From Pseudothermotoga sp. (lineage in GTDB: Bacteria; Thermotogota; Thermotogae; Thermotogales; DSM-5069): 64,000 nt of DNA. Positions 48,551 to 57,540 of the stretch are shown here, one piece after another. The position numbers were made by a program, and so were the translations under genes. The notes beneath the pieces were generated by a model, which did not search any database, was not told where the DNA came from, and was given only the letters and a program-made list of their open reading frames with translations. The number at the start of each line of letters is the position of its first letter. Within the stretch, counting starts at the first letter, position 1. The stretch lies in the NCBI GenBank assembly GCA_031962025.1, contig JAVRKW010000002.1, one strand, 5' to 3'.

Positions 48551-49369
48551 TTAACCTTTTATTCCACCTGCAGATAAACCCTTTATTATGTACTTTTGAA
48601 GACTCAGAGTGATCGCGAAAACGGGTATAAGCATCACCGTTCCGGCTGAGGATAACTGTCCCCATAAAGGAGCGTACTGACCCAGAAAGCCGTTGACTAT
48701 TATTGGTGCAGTTTTTGCCCTTGAGCCGGTTAACACCAGAGCGTATATGAACTCGTTCCACGACATCAAAAATGCAAAAACGGCAGCTACGACGATGCCG
48801 GCAGACGCAAGTGGTAGAAAAATTTTCCAGTAGATCATGAAACCCTTGCACCCATCTACTCTTGCGGCTTCTTCATATTCCTTTGGTATGGAAGCGAAAA
48901 ACGGCAACAACAGTGCGACAACGTATGGCAGGTTAAAACTTATATGTGCCAGAGACAATCCAAAGATGGTATCGTGCAATCTAAGGAATCTGAAAAGCAT
49001 GTAAAACGGCAGAGCCAAAGTTATCTGCGGTACCATTCGGAGCATCAGGATTATCATTACCAAGAAGTTGTTGAATTTGAAATTGAACCTGACAAGTCCG
49101 AAAGCCATCATCGATCCGAAGATCACAGAAACAACGGTTGAGATTCCCGCCACTGAAAAAGAATTTTTCAGAGATTTGAGAAATTCCACGTTTTGAAAGA
49201 TGAGCTGATAGCTTTTTGTTGTCGGCTTGAAATAGAATGGATTTTTGCTCCATATATCGATGTCTTTTTTAAAACCATTGAAGATGATTACAAATATCGG
49301 AAAAAGCTGAATGACAACTATCAAAAGTGCGACAATAAAAAGCACCCAGTAGGTTATCTTTTTTTTCAC
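48551..49369 (-). CDS. Carbohydrate ABC transporter permease (MalG-like)
   Basis: EEAARVDG, SWNEF, GLSAGGIKG. Confidence 0.93.
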   Translation of the reverse strand: MKKKITYWVLFIVALLIVVIQLFPIFVIIFNGFKKDIDIWSKNPFYFKPTTKSYQLIFQNVEFLKSLKNSFSVAGISTVVSVIFGSMMAFGLVRFNFKFNNFLVMIILMLRMVPQITLALPFYMLFRFLRLHDTIFGLSLAHISFNLPYVVALLLPFFASIPKEYEEAARVDGCKGFMIYWKIFLPLASAGIVVAAVFAFLMSWNEFIYALVLTGSRAKTAPIIVNGFLGQYAPLWGQLSSAGTVMLIPVFAITLSLQKYIIKGLSAGGIKG

Positions 49370-50223
49370 GAGAATTCACCTCTAAAACTTCTTCTAACTG
49401 CAAAGTAAGAGATCACAAGAGAAACAACAAGTAGAAAGACGGCTATGGATGAGGCGTATGATATTCTGCCAAACTCAAAGGCTTGCTTTTGTATGTACAA
49501 GGACAGCAGCATTGTGGCATTTGATGGTCCGCCGTAGGTCATCACGTACACCTCAGAAAAGATCCTCAAGGCATCTATCAATCTCAGAAGAAATGCCATG
49601 GCTATGACTGGTGCCAAACACGGCAGGATCACGTAGTATATTCTCTGCCAGAACTTTGCTCCATCCATCTGAGCTGCTTCCAGATACTCATTTGGCAGTG
49701 ATGAAAGACCCGCATAGATGATTATGAAGATGAAGGGCCACATTCGCCAGATATCCTGTAAAAGCACTGCGATGTAAGCATATCTGGTATCAGCCAGCCA
49801 GGCAGAAGGACCAAGAGAAATGGATTTGAAAAAAGTCGCAAGAACACCGTATCGGGGTTGCAACATTAATCTCCAGGTGAGACCGGAAAGCACTGGTAAG
49901 ATGAAAACAGGTAACATCAAAAGAGATCTGAGTATTCTGTTGAATGCAAAATCTTTGTTGAAAAGCAGTGCAACGAAAAAACCAATTACAAGTTCTATGG
50001 GTAAGGCGATTGCTATAAAACCAAGCTGCAGAGCAAGAGAGTTCCAAAAACCTTTGTCTTTGATCATATCTATGTAATTTGAAAATCCAACGAAGTTAGT
50101 AGATCCCAGATAAACCAGTCGTCTGTCTGTAAAAGAAAGGATCAAAGCAAAAGACACAGGAAAGATCAATATCAAGATTACAATCAAAAGCCCGGGGAGG
50201 ATAAAACTGAGGAAGGGGCGCAT
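49366..50223 (-). CDS. Carbohydrate ABC transporter permease (MalF-like)
   Basis: FVGFSNY, EAAQMDGA, MTYGGP. Confidence 0.93.
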   Translation of the reverse strand: MRPFLSFILPGLLIVILILIFPVSFALILSFTDRRLVYLGSTNFVGFSNYIDMIKDKGFWNSLALQLGFIAIALPIELVIGFFVALLFNKDFAFNRILRSLLMLPVFILPVLSGLTWRLMLQPRYGVLATFFKSISLGPSAWLADTRYAYIAVLLQDIWRMWPFIFIIIYAGLSSLPNEYLEAAQMDGAKFWQRIYYVILPCLAPVIAMAFLLRLIDALRIFSEVYVMTYGGPSNATMLLSLYIQKQAFEFGRISYASSIAVFLLVVSLVISYFAVRRSFRGEFS

Positions 50224-50236
50224 GCCCCTTCTTTTT

Positions 50237-51508
50237 TTAGTAACCGTACTTCTTGAGGAGAGCTTCAATCTCATTCACCATCCTGTCCACAGCAACCTCA
50301 GGCGATACTCTCGATGAAATTGCATCAAGCCAGTGTGTTCTGATTATCGTTGATACCTCTGGATACTGTTCAAATCTGGGTCTTTCAACGGCATACTGCA
50401 TTGACCTGTATATGCCAAGGAACCACGGTCTGTCCTTCAAAAATTCTGGATCTTTCAATAGAGATTCTCTGGCTGGTGTCAAACCCTTTGGGATGAGTTT
50501 CTTTCCAGTTTCAACAGACATCCACCAATAAGCGAACTCTGCCGTTGCTTGTTTTTCCTTAGATGCGATCGGTATGCCGACGATCCACGCTCCCCTAACC
50601 GCTGCGCTCTTTGCAGGTCCCGCCGGTGGCTCGGTGTATTCGATTTTTCCATATACAAGTGACTTTTCAGGATTTTCAAGGTCGGGTATCAGTGCGGGCC
50701 AGTTGAACATTGAGAATACCTCTCCGCGTGCAAAGGCTGCAACACGTTCCGCATGACCATAATCAAGAGCTCCCTCTGGTGCGTATTTGAGAAGTTCTTT
50801 GTAGAAGTTGATAGCTTCGATTGCCTTCTTTTTGTCAAGCACAACTTTATAGCCGTCGTTGGTGGCTTCTAAGATCTTTGTTCCAAAACTTTCGAACATC
50901 CAGACAGCTTCTGCTGTGGCTCCTTCTGTGGGTTTTGTGAAAGGTGCCCAGCCGTAAATACCTTTTTTAGAAAGAAATTTGCTCATGTCCAAAAGTTCCT
51001 GCAAAGTCTTTGGCACTCTCATTTCATAGCCATATTCATTTTTGAACTCGTCTTTGTATTTCTCTATCAGGTCTTTTCTTGTCAACCAGACGTAGATATT
51101 TGCATTAACAGGAAGCCCTTTGAATTCCCCTTTCCATTGACCTGCTGCAAAGGCAAGAGGCATTATATCTGCCATGCTCGGTCTTGCATAAACTTGGGTC
51201 GTTGGCCAATCTGAGAATCCTGTGAGAAGCGGACCAACCATGGGTATGTTTGGTTCGTCCACCGCAACCAGATCGTAATCGGCGCTCTTTGCTGTTACGC
51301 TTATCAGTGTTTTCTGCAGTAGTGTGCCACTTGGTACGAGCTCCAGATCCACCTTGATACCTGTTGCCTTTTCAAAATCAGGTACACCGGCTTTCAAAGC
51401 CTGGGTAAGAGCATCGTCCCAGAGTAGAACCCTTATCCTTGTGTTGTACGGTGCGGCAAAGAGTGTGATGACAAAAGCGACAAACAAAATCGAGAAGATC
51501 TTCCTCAT
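50237..51508 (-). CDS. Sugar ABC transporter substrate-binding protein (putative SQ/SQ-glycoside binding)
   Basis: Signal peptide; FEKATGIKV, RKDL, PKT..EL, G.WIVGI CUT1 SBP features; first gene of the operon. Confidence 0.88.
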   Translation of the reverse strand: MRKIFSILFVAFVITLFAAPYNTRIRVLLWDDALTQALKAGVPDFEKATGIKVDLELVPSGTLLQKTLISVTAKSADYDLVAVDEPNIPMVGPLLTGFSDWPTTQVYARPSMADIMPLAFAAGQWKGEFKGLPVNANIYVWLTRKDLIEKYKDEFKNEYGYEMRVPKTLQELLDMSKFLSKKGIYGWAPFTKPTEGATAEAVWMFESFGTKILEATNDGYKVVLDKKKAIEAINFYKELLKYAPEGALDYGHAERVAAFARGEVFSMFNWPALIPDLENPEKSLVYGKIEYTEPPAGPAKSAAVRGAWIVGIPIASKEKQATAEFAYWWMSVETGKKLIPKGLTPARESLLKDPEFLKDRPWFLGIYRSMQYAVERPRFEQYPEVSTIIRTHWLDAISSRVSPEVAVDRMVNEIEALLKKYGY

Positions 51509-51525
51509 AAATACACCCCCTTATG

Positions 51526-51539
51526 TGGTAACGTTACCA
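51526..51539. promoter_or_regulatory. LacI-type operator palindrome TGGTAACGTTACCA
   Basis: Perfect 14-bp palindrome with central CG, between the promoter and the SBP RBS. Confidence 0.75.
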
Positions 51540-51544
51540 TATCG

Positions 51545-51573
51545 ATTAAAAAACCTTCACAAAAATTTGTCAA
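51545..51573 (-). promoter_or_regulatory. Sigma-70 promoter of the SQ operon
   Basis: Minus strand TTGACA-N17-TTTAAT. Confidence 0.6.
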
Positions 51574-51747
51574 GAATTAAAACACCGTAATTTCACGAAA
51601 AATTTGAAGAAAACCTGAGAAAAAAAGAGCATAACAGTACTGGATAAGGTTCATGTGAATTTATTAATGAATATTGCGTGAGAATTGAATTAGATCAACA
51701 GCAGGGTAATCACCTTAAATCAAGCTATACTATTATTGGGTGATATC

Positions 51748-53895
51748 TTGCCTGACTATCCGGTTCAGTACAACAACCCGGGTCCAGAGGTCGTTTTGAA
51801 GGTCAAAAGGGGTTATCCAAGGCTTGGAGCGACACCAGATGATACCGGTGTGAATTTTGGTATCTTTTCGAGAAATGGTCGCAGGGTTATACTGGAACTG
51901 TATCAAAATTACTACGATGAAAAACCATCCCACAGATTTGTACTCGATCCAATTCACAACAGAACGGGTGATATCTGGCACATATACGTTTATGGTGTTG
52001 GTCACGGTCAGTATTACGGATGGAGAATAGACGGAGAATACGATCCTTTGAATGGTAAAAGATTCAACGTTTACAAACTGCTGAGTGATCCATACGCAAA
52101 AGCTATATCCGGTTCCTACGAATGGGATGAAGACAGCGTATATGGCTATGATAGAAACTCTCCTCTTAAGGACCTCTCTTTTTCGACGATCGATTCTGCA
52201 CAGAGTCCGACAAAATCCATAGTCATCGACGATTCTAAATACGACTGGACTGAAGATAGAAGACCCATGATTTCGTGGAAAGACACCGTTATATACGAAA
52301 TGCATGTTAGGTTCTTCACCATAAGTCCCACATCCAATGTGAGATTCCACGGCACTTTTTTGGGAATACTCGAAAAGCTCGATCATCTAAAAGAACTTGG
52401 AGTTACAACGATTGAATTGATGCCGGTGTTTGAATTCTGTGCAACTGCCAATACGAATATCAACCCTTACACGGGTAGAAGGCTCAAAGACATGTGGGGT
52501 TACAATCCTTTGGGTTTTTTTGCCGTAACGGGTAACTATTCAGTTGGTATGAAACTCGGTGAACAGGTTTTTCTGTTCAAAGATTTTGTCAAGCAAATGC
52601 ACAAAAATGGTTTTGAAGTGATTCTCGACGTTGTTTACAACCACACAGGTGAGGGCAATGAACTGGGACCAACTCTTTCTTTCAGAGGTATAGACAACGA
52701 AATATATTACATGTTAAATCCTTCGAATAAAAGGTTTTACATGAATTACTCCGGCTGCGGTAATACGCTCAACTGTAACCATCCCGTTGTAAAAGAAATG
52801 ATAATAGACAGCCTCAGGTACTGGGCAACGGAAATGCATGTGGATGGCTTTCGTTTCGATCTTGCATCGATTCTCGGAAGAACGCCCGACGGCAGATGGA
52901 TAGGAGATTTTTCACTGTTAAAGGATATATCGGAAGATGCCATACTGCATGATTTAAAACTCATTGCCGAGGGCTGGGACGCCGCAGGTGGTTATTTTAT
53001 CGGTCAATTTCCCCATGGCTGGGCAGAATGGAATGGCAGGTACAGAGACACAGTCAGGAGATTTGTACGCGGTGATGAAGGAGTGATACAGGATCTTGCC
53101 ATGAGAATATCTGGAAGTCAGGATCTTTACGGCTCAAGATCACCCCATGCAAGCATAAACTTTATCACATGTCACGATGGTTTCACTTTGAGGGATCTGG
53201 TCAGTTATCGTTACAAACACAATGAAGCAAATGGAGAAGATAACAGAGATGGTAGCGACGAAAATTTCAGTTGTAATTACGGAGTAGAAGGTGAAACGCA
53301 AGATCCTCAGATAAATCGTCTCAGAAAACAACAGGTGAAAAACTTCATAGCCATTCTGATGGTCTCTCATGGCACTCCAATGATCCTGATGGGTGATGAG
53401 ATGTATCGGACTCAGAAAGGCAACAACAACGCCTACTGCCACGATGATGAAACCACATGGCTTGACTGGTCATTAAAAGAAAAACACGCAGATATTTTCA
53501 GATTCTTCAGCAAGATGATCCACTTTAGAAAATCTCATCCAGCACTGAGAAGACCGCACTTTTTCACAGGTCTACCGACACAGATGGGACTGCCAGATCT
53601 GACCTGGCACGGCATAAAACCATTTGAACCTGATTTTTCTTATCACTCACACTCCATAGCATTCATGATAAGCGGCGATACGGGTTTAGATGAAAAGGAC
53701 AACGATATATACGTAATCCTGAACCAGTGGCGTGAACCTCTGAAATTCGTACTGCCGTACATTCACGGCAAAAGCTGGTACAGAGTCGTTGATACATCAA
53801 AAGACCCGGGCGAAGATTTCCTTGATGATCCACAGCCGGTTGGATATTTATATGTTGCTCAACCAAGGAGCACGGTGATTTTGCTTGGAATATAG
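51748..53895 (+). CDS. glgX: Glycogen debranching enzyme / isoamylase (GH13)
   Basis: DVVYNHT, YSGCGN, DGFRFDLA, AEGWD, NFITCHDGFTL, QKGNNNAYC. Confidence 0.95.
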   Translation: MPDYPVQYNNPGPEVVLKVKRGYPRLGATPDDTGVNFGIFSRNGRRVILELYQNYYDEKPSHRFVLDPIHNRTGDIWHIYVYGVGHGQYYGWRIDGEYDPLNGKRFNVYKLLSDPYAKAISGSYEWDEDSVYGYDRNSPLKDLSFSTIDSAQSPTKSIVIDDSKYDWTEDRRPMISWKDTVIYEMHVRFFTISPTSNVRFHGTFLGILEKLDHLKELGVTTIELMPVFEFCATANTNINPYTGRRLKDMWGYNPLGFFAVTGNYSVGMKLGEQVFLFKDFVKQMHKNGFEVILDVVYNHTGEGNELGPTLSFRGIDNEIYYMLNPSNKRFYMNYSGCGNTLNCNHPVVKEMIIDSLRYWATEMHVDGFRFDLASILGRTPDGRWIGDFSLLKDISEDAILHDLKLIAEGWDAAGGYFIGQFPHGWAEWNGRYRDTVRRFVRGDEGVIQDLAMRISGSQDLYGSRSPHASINFITCHDGFTLRDLVSYRYKHNEANGEDNRDGSDENFSCNYGVEGETQDPQINRLRKQQVKNFIAILMVSHGTPMILMGDEMYRTQKGNNNAYCHDDETTWLDWSLKEKHADIFRFFSKMIHFRKSHPALRRPHFFTGLPTQMGLPDLTWHGIKPFEPDFSYHSHSIAFMISGDTGLDEKDNDIYVILNQWREPLKFVLPYIHGKSWYRVVDTSKDPGEDFLDDPQPVGYLYVAQPRSTVILLGI

Positions 53896-53939
53896 TAATA
53901 TTATATAATTTGTCAACAAATCCAAGGGAGGGATTTTCA

Positions 53940-55697
53940 ATGAGAAGGATGTTCTTTTTGCTCATTGCTCTTTTATTCACTCAGATTTTTGCATACATAC
54001 CTGCCACGGCTGATTATGTGATTTTCCTGAAGGATTTTGACATTCTCAATTCATTTTTACCGCCAACCAGCAGACTGAACGACCACACAGAAGGATTTGT
54101 GTGTTTCTTTGGAAAAATGACGTTAAATCTTTCGAGCTTGATAGGGTTGATTGAAACTGAAACACCCGCAAACGTTCAAAATCTGCTGGATGTTTCAATC
54201 GTCACTGACGATCCAGAATGGGTTAAGAAGAATTTCTCGGCACTCTTAGACGGTCACCAGATTATTCAGGCAGATGGTCTGTATTATTTTGTTTCTGCGA
54301 TGATGCTTGAAGATGTCAAAGCCATGATAAAAGGTCAGGTATCGAGTATAAAACCAGATGAAAATTTAACGGTTTACGTGAAAATGCAAACAGTTCCCAT
54401 AATTGGTATAGTTTTACACCTGCTCGGTCTCAATGAGGGTGTGCCAGTTGAGGATGAAATGAAAGTTGTTTTTGATTCAAATATCGCAAAGATCCTCGTA
54501 AAATCGAACAAATCTTCCAGATCTGATTGGGAAGCCAAGCGTGCACAGTCGCAGGTTTTGCCAAAGGGATTGAAAATACTCAAAGATGCCCAATTTTCTT
54601 TGATGATGCCGGTCTCAATTCTTAGCCAGATTCCCGCAGAACTCCTGGAAGAAATCGGTGTAGATCTAAGCAATTTTGAGCTCATCTTTTCTAAGGCAAA
54701 GAATATTTCTTTGAGTTTTTCACAGGATATGTCAAAATTTGCGATGTTTTTTGACTTCAAAGAAGATTCAATCGAAGAATTGAGTGAGTACTTCAGCGAG
54801 CTTGGAGCGTATATTAGAAGAACAGAGGATTTTATTTATCTTTATTCTGATGAATTTACCGGGGTACTTGCGGTAAAAGGCGGCATATCGGAGATTCTAT
54901 CGAAAAACGTTGATGAAAAAGATCTCGTTGCTGTTGAAGATGGAGTACTGGGCAGGATCAGTTTTAAACAGGACAATCTTTTTGCAGACCTTTCTTTATA
55001 CAGAGAAAATTGCTCGGTGATATTGAATTTAGAACTGTCAAAAGATTTGATTTCTGATCTTATCAGTGAAATTTTGTCTGAACTATTGCCAAAGCCAGAA
55101 GAATTGAATTTACTCAACGAAATGATCGATTCTATCGATTTTAGGTGTTATTTTATGTACTTGGATCCACCGGAAAATATCGAAGAACTAAAAACCATTC
55201 CAGAAAAGTTCATAGACAGAATCACTTACCAGAGAAAAGAAGAAGATGACGGGTGGTTTATAACGATTGGTGTTAAGACCGATCTGGCAGATACCCTGAC
55301 AGAAAAAGATTTGATGAATATGCTCAGTGTTACAGTCGATAAGATCCAGATTGATAGAGAAAACAAAATCATATACATAGCCAAGCGGTATGAGAAAAGC
55401 CAGTTGCCATCCGCTCAAAATCTGATAACAGATTTTGTGAATGGTATCAGACAGTATTATCAAGATTTTCAATTGGTCCCGGAAGATCTGGGTCAGCTAT
55501 TATCATGGTATGTTTTCTACCCGGAACAGGTACTCGATCAGATTGTTTACGAACCGCAGTCTGTGGGCGAAAAAACAACAGTCAAATTAACCATCACAAT
55601 CGATGAAAAAGTCGATGAGTCAATGGTCGAAGAATTGCAGCTTAAAGATCTTTTTTACGAAGATGGCAAACTAATCGTGACCTTTGAACTTCCATAA
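53940..55697 (+). CDS. Hypothetical exported acidic protein
   Basis: Long ORF with signal peptide MRRMFFLLIALLFTQIFA; no recognised motif. Confidence 0.75.
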   Translation: MRRMFFLLIALLFTQIFAYIPATADYVIFLKDFDILNSFLPPTSRLNDHTEGFVCFFGKMTLNLSSLIGLIETETPANVQNLLDVSIVTDDPEWVKKNFSALLDGHQIIQADGLYYFVSAMMLEDVKAMIKGQVSSIKPDENLTVYVKMQTVPIIGIVLHLLGLNEGVPVEDEMKVVFDSNIAKILVKSNKSSRSDWEAKRAQSQVLPKGLKILKDAQFSLMMPVSILSQIPAELLEEIGVDLSNFELIFSKAKNISLSFSQDMSKFAMFFDFKEDSIEELSEYFSELGAYIRRTEDFIYLYSDEFTGVLAVKGGISEILSKNVDEKDLVAVEDGVLGRISFKQDNLFADLSLYRENCSVILNLELSKDLISDLISEILSELLPKPEELNLLNEMIDSIDFRCYFMYLDPPENIEELKTIPEKFIDRITYQRKEEDDGWFITIGVKTDLADTLTEKDLMNMLSVTVDKIQIDRENKIIYIAKRYEKSQLPSAQNLITDFVNGIRQYYQDFQLVPEDLGQLLSWYVFYPEQVLDQIVYEPQSVGEKTTVKLTITIDEKVDESMVEELQLKDLFYEDGKLIVTFELP

Positions 55698-55712
55698 GTG
55701 TTTTTAAAAAAG

Positions 55713-55732
55713 CGGCGGAGTCTATACTCCGC
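55713..55732. terminator. Hairpin after the hypothetical gene
   Basis: GGCGGAGT-CTAT-ACTCCGCC; A tract on the left side. Confidence 0.45.
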
Positions 55733-55856
55733 CATCTTACTGATGTAAGTAGATTTTCACATCCATTTTGAGCATAATTTCAGAAAGATCTGTTGGTGTT
55801 AACATTTCACAGAATGCTGTAATGGGATTTTGCTAAACTCTTTTTGGAGTGATTCT

Positions 55857-57539
55857 GTGTTCTTACCAATGACCATTGAAGAAGTAGAGAAACTTGGCTG
55901 GAAGGAACTTGATATCATACTGGTCACAGGTGACGCATACGTTGATCACCCGTCTTTCGGTGTTGCGCTGATAGGGCATTATCTTGTTTCAAAGGGATTC
56001 AGAGTTGGGATCATAGCACAGCCTGACTGGAACAGTGCAAAAGATATTACCAGACTTGGAAAGCCAAGGTTGTTTTTCGGTATCAGTGCGGGTAATGTTG
56101 ACTCAATGGTGGCAAATTACACGGCTTCGATGAAAAAAAGGAAAACAGATGAGTATTCACCCAATGGTGTTTCAGGGAAAAGACCCGATCGTGCAACGAT
56201 TGTTTATTCGAATCTTGTGCGAAGATTCTTTCCAGATGTTCCGATCGTTCTCGGAGGACTTGAAGCAAGTTTAAGACGCTTTGCTCATTACGACTGGTGG
56301 TCTGATAGAATCAGAAAATCTGTCCTGATAGATGCCAAAGCAGATCTTCTTGTATATGGTATGGCAGAAAAAGCCATACTTGAAATCGCACAGACTCTTG
56401 AAAAAACTGGTGATATGGAAAAGTGCAAATCAATTGCCGGGACAGTCTGGTGGACTACGAAAAAACCACAGAACTGTTTTGAACTACCTAGTTTTGATGA
56501 AATCCTTCAGGATAAATCAAAATACGCAGAATCGGTGAGATTACAGACACTAATGACAGATCCGTTCAAGGACATTTCACTGTGCCAGAGGCAGGATAAC
56601 AGGTACGTGGTACAAAATCCACCGCAGATGCCACTTGAACAAAAAGAGCTCGATGAGCTTTATTTACTTCCCTTTCAGAGAAAGCCTCATCCTTTCTATG
56701 AAAAAATGGGTCATGTTCCTGCTCTGAAGATGATACAGTTTTCAATAACCTGTGTGAGAGGGTGTTTTGGTTCCTGTTCATTTTGTGCGCTGACACAGCA
56801 TCAGACCACACACGTTGTTTCAAGAAGTGTTGATTCGATCATCGAAGAAGCCAGAATCCTGACCAAGCATCCAGATTTTCGTGGTGTCATAACAGATATC
56901 GGTGGACCAACTGCGAATATGTACGGTTCAGATTGTACGATCAGAGAAACAAAAGGTCAATGTGATAGATTCTGTCTGTTTCCTAAAAAATGTGCCGGTG
57001 TACGGCCAGATCATCGAAGGTATTTGGATTTGCTGTATAAAGTCAGGAAAGTTGAGAAAGTCAAGCACGTGTTTGTTTCATCCGGCATAAGACATGATCT
57101 TGTGCTTCAAGATCCAGATGGAGAATATTTTATAAAAAAACTGGTCGATTTCACACCGGGACAGCTCAAGCTCGCCCCTGAACATTCACATCCACGTGTT
57201 CTGGCTCTTATGAGAAAACCCCCGGTGGAACTTTTTTTAGAATTCAAAGAAAAGTTTGAAAAATACGCGGTAATTTCCGGTAAAGAACGTTATGTGATAG
57301 GTTATTTCATAGTTGCTCACCCTGGTGAAGGCAAGAAGGAAAATGATCATCTGCGAAAATTCATAGAGCAAAAACTCAATTATAGACCGCAGCAGATTCA
57401 GATTTTTACACCTTCACCGGGTACCATCAGTACGGCGATGTACTATTCACAAATAGACCCCTTCACAAAAGAAGAGGTCTATGTGGAAAAGTCTTTGAAA
57501 ATGAGAAATTCAATGAAAAAATACCTTTCAAGAGATTAG
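55857..57539 (+). CDS. ygiQ: YgiQ-family radical SAM protein
   Basis: GDAYVDHPSFG, EASLRRFAHYD, RGCFGSCSFC, DIGGPTANMY. Confidence 0.93.
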   Translation: MFLPMTIEEVEKLGWKELDIILVTGDAYVDHPSFGVALIGHYLVSKGFRVGIIAQPDWNSAKDITRLGKPRLFFGISAGNVDSMVANYTASMKKRKTDEYSPNGVSGKRPDRATIVYSNLVRRFFPDVPIVLGGLEASLRRFAHYDWWSDRIRKSVLIDAKADLLVYGMAEKAILEIAQTLEKTGDMEKCKSIAGTVWWTTKKPQNCFELPSFDEILQDKSKYAESVRLQTLMTDPFKDISLCQRQDNRYVVQNPPQMPLEQKELDELYLLPFQRKPHPFYEKMGHVPALKMIQFSITCVRGCFGSCSFCALTQHQTTHVVSRSVDSIIEEARILTKHPDFRGVITDIGGPTANMYGSDCTIRETKGQCDRFCLFPKKCAGVRPDHRRYLDLLYKVRKVEKVKHVFVSSGIRHDLVLQDPDGEYFIKKLVDFTPGQLKLAPEHSHPRVLALMRKPPVELFLEFKEKFEKYAVISGKERYVIGYFIVAHPGEGKKENDHLRKFIEQKLNYRPQQIQIFTPSPGTISTAMYYSQIDPFTKEEVYVEKSLKMRNSMKKYLSRD

Positions 57540-57540
57540 C

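Noticed and set aside
48537..48851. N-terminal extension of the transaldolase ORF
   Set aside because: Overlaps the permease gene in another frame; the RBS and homology begin at 48536
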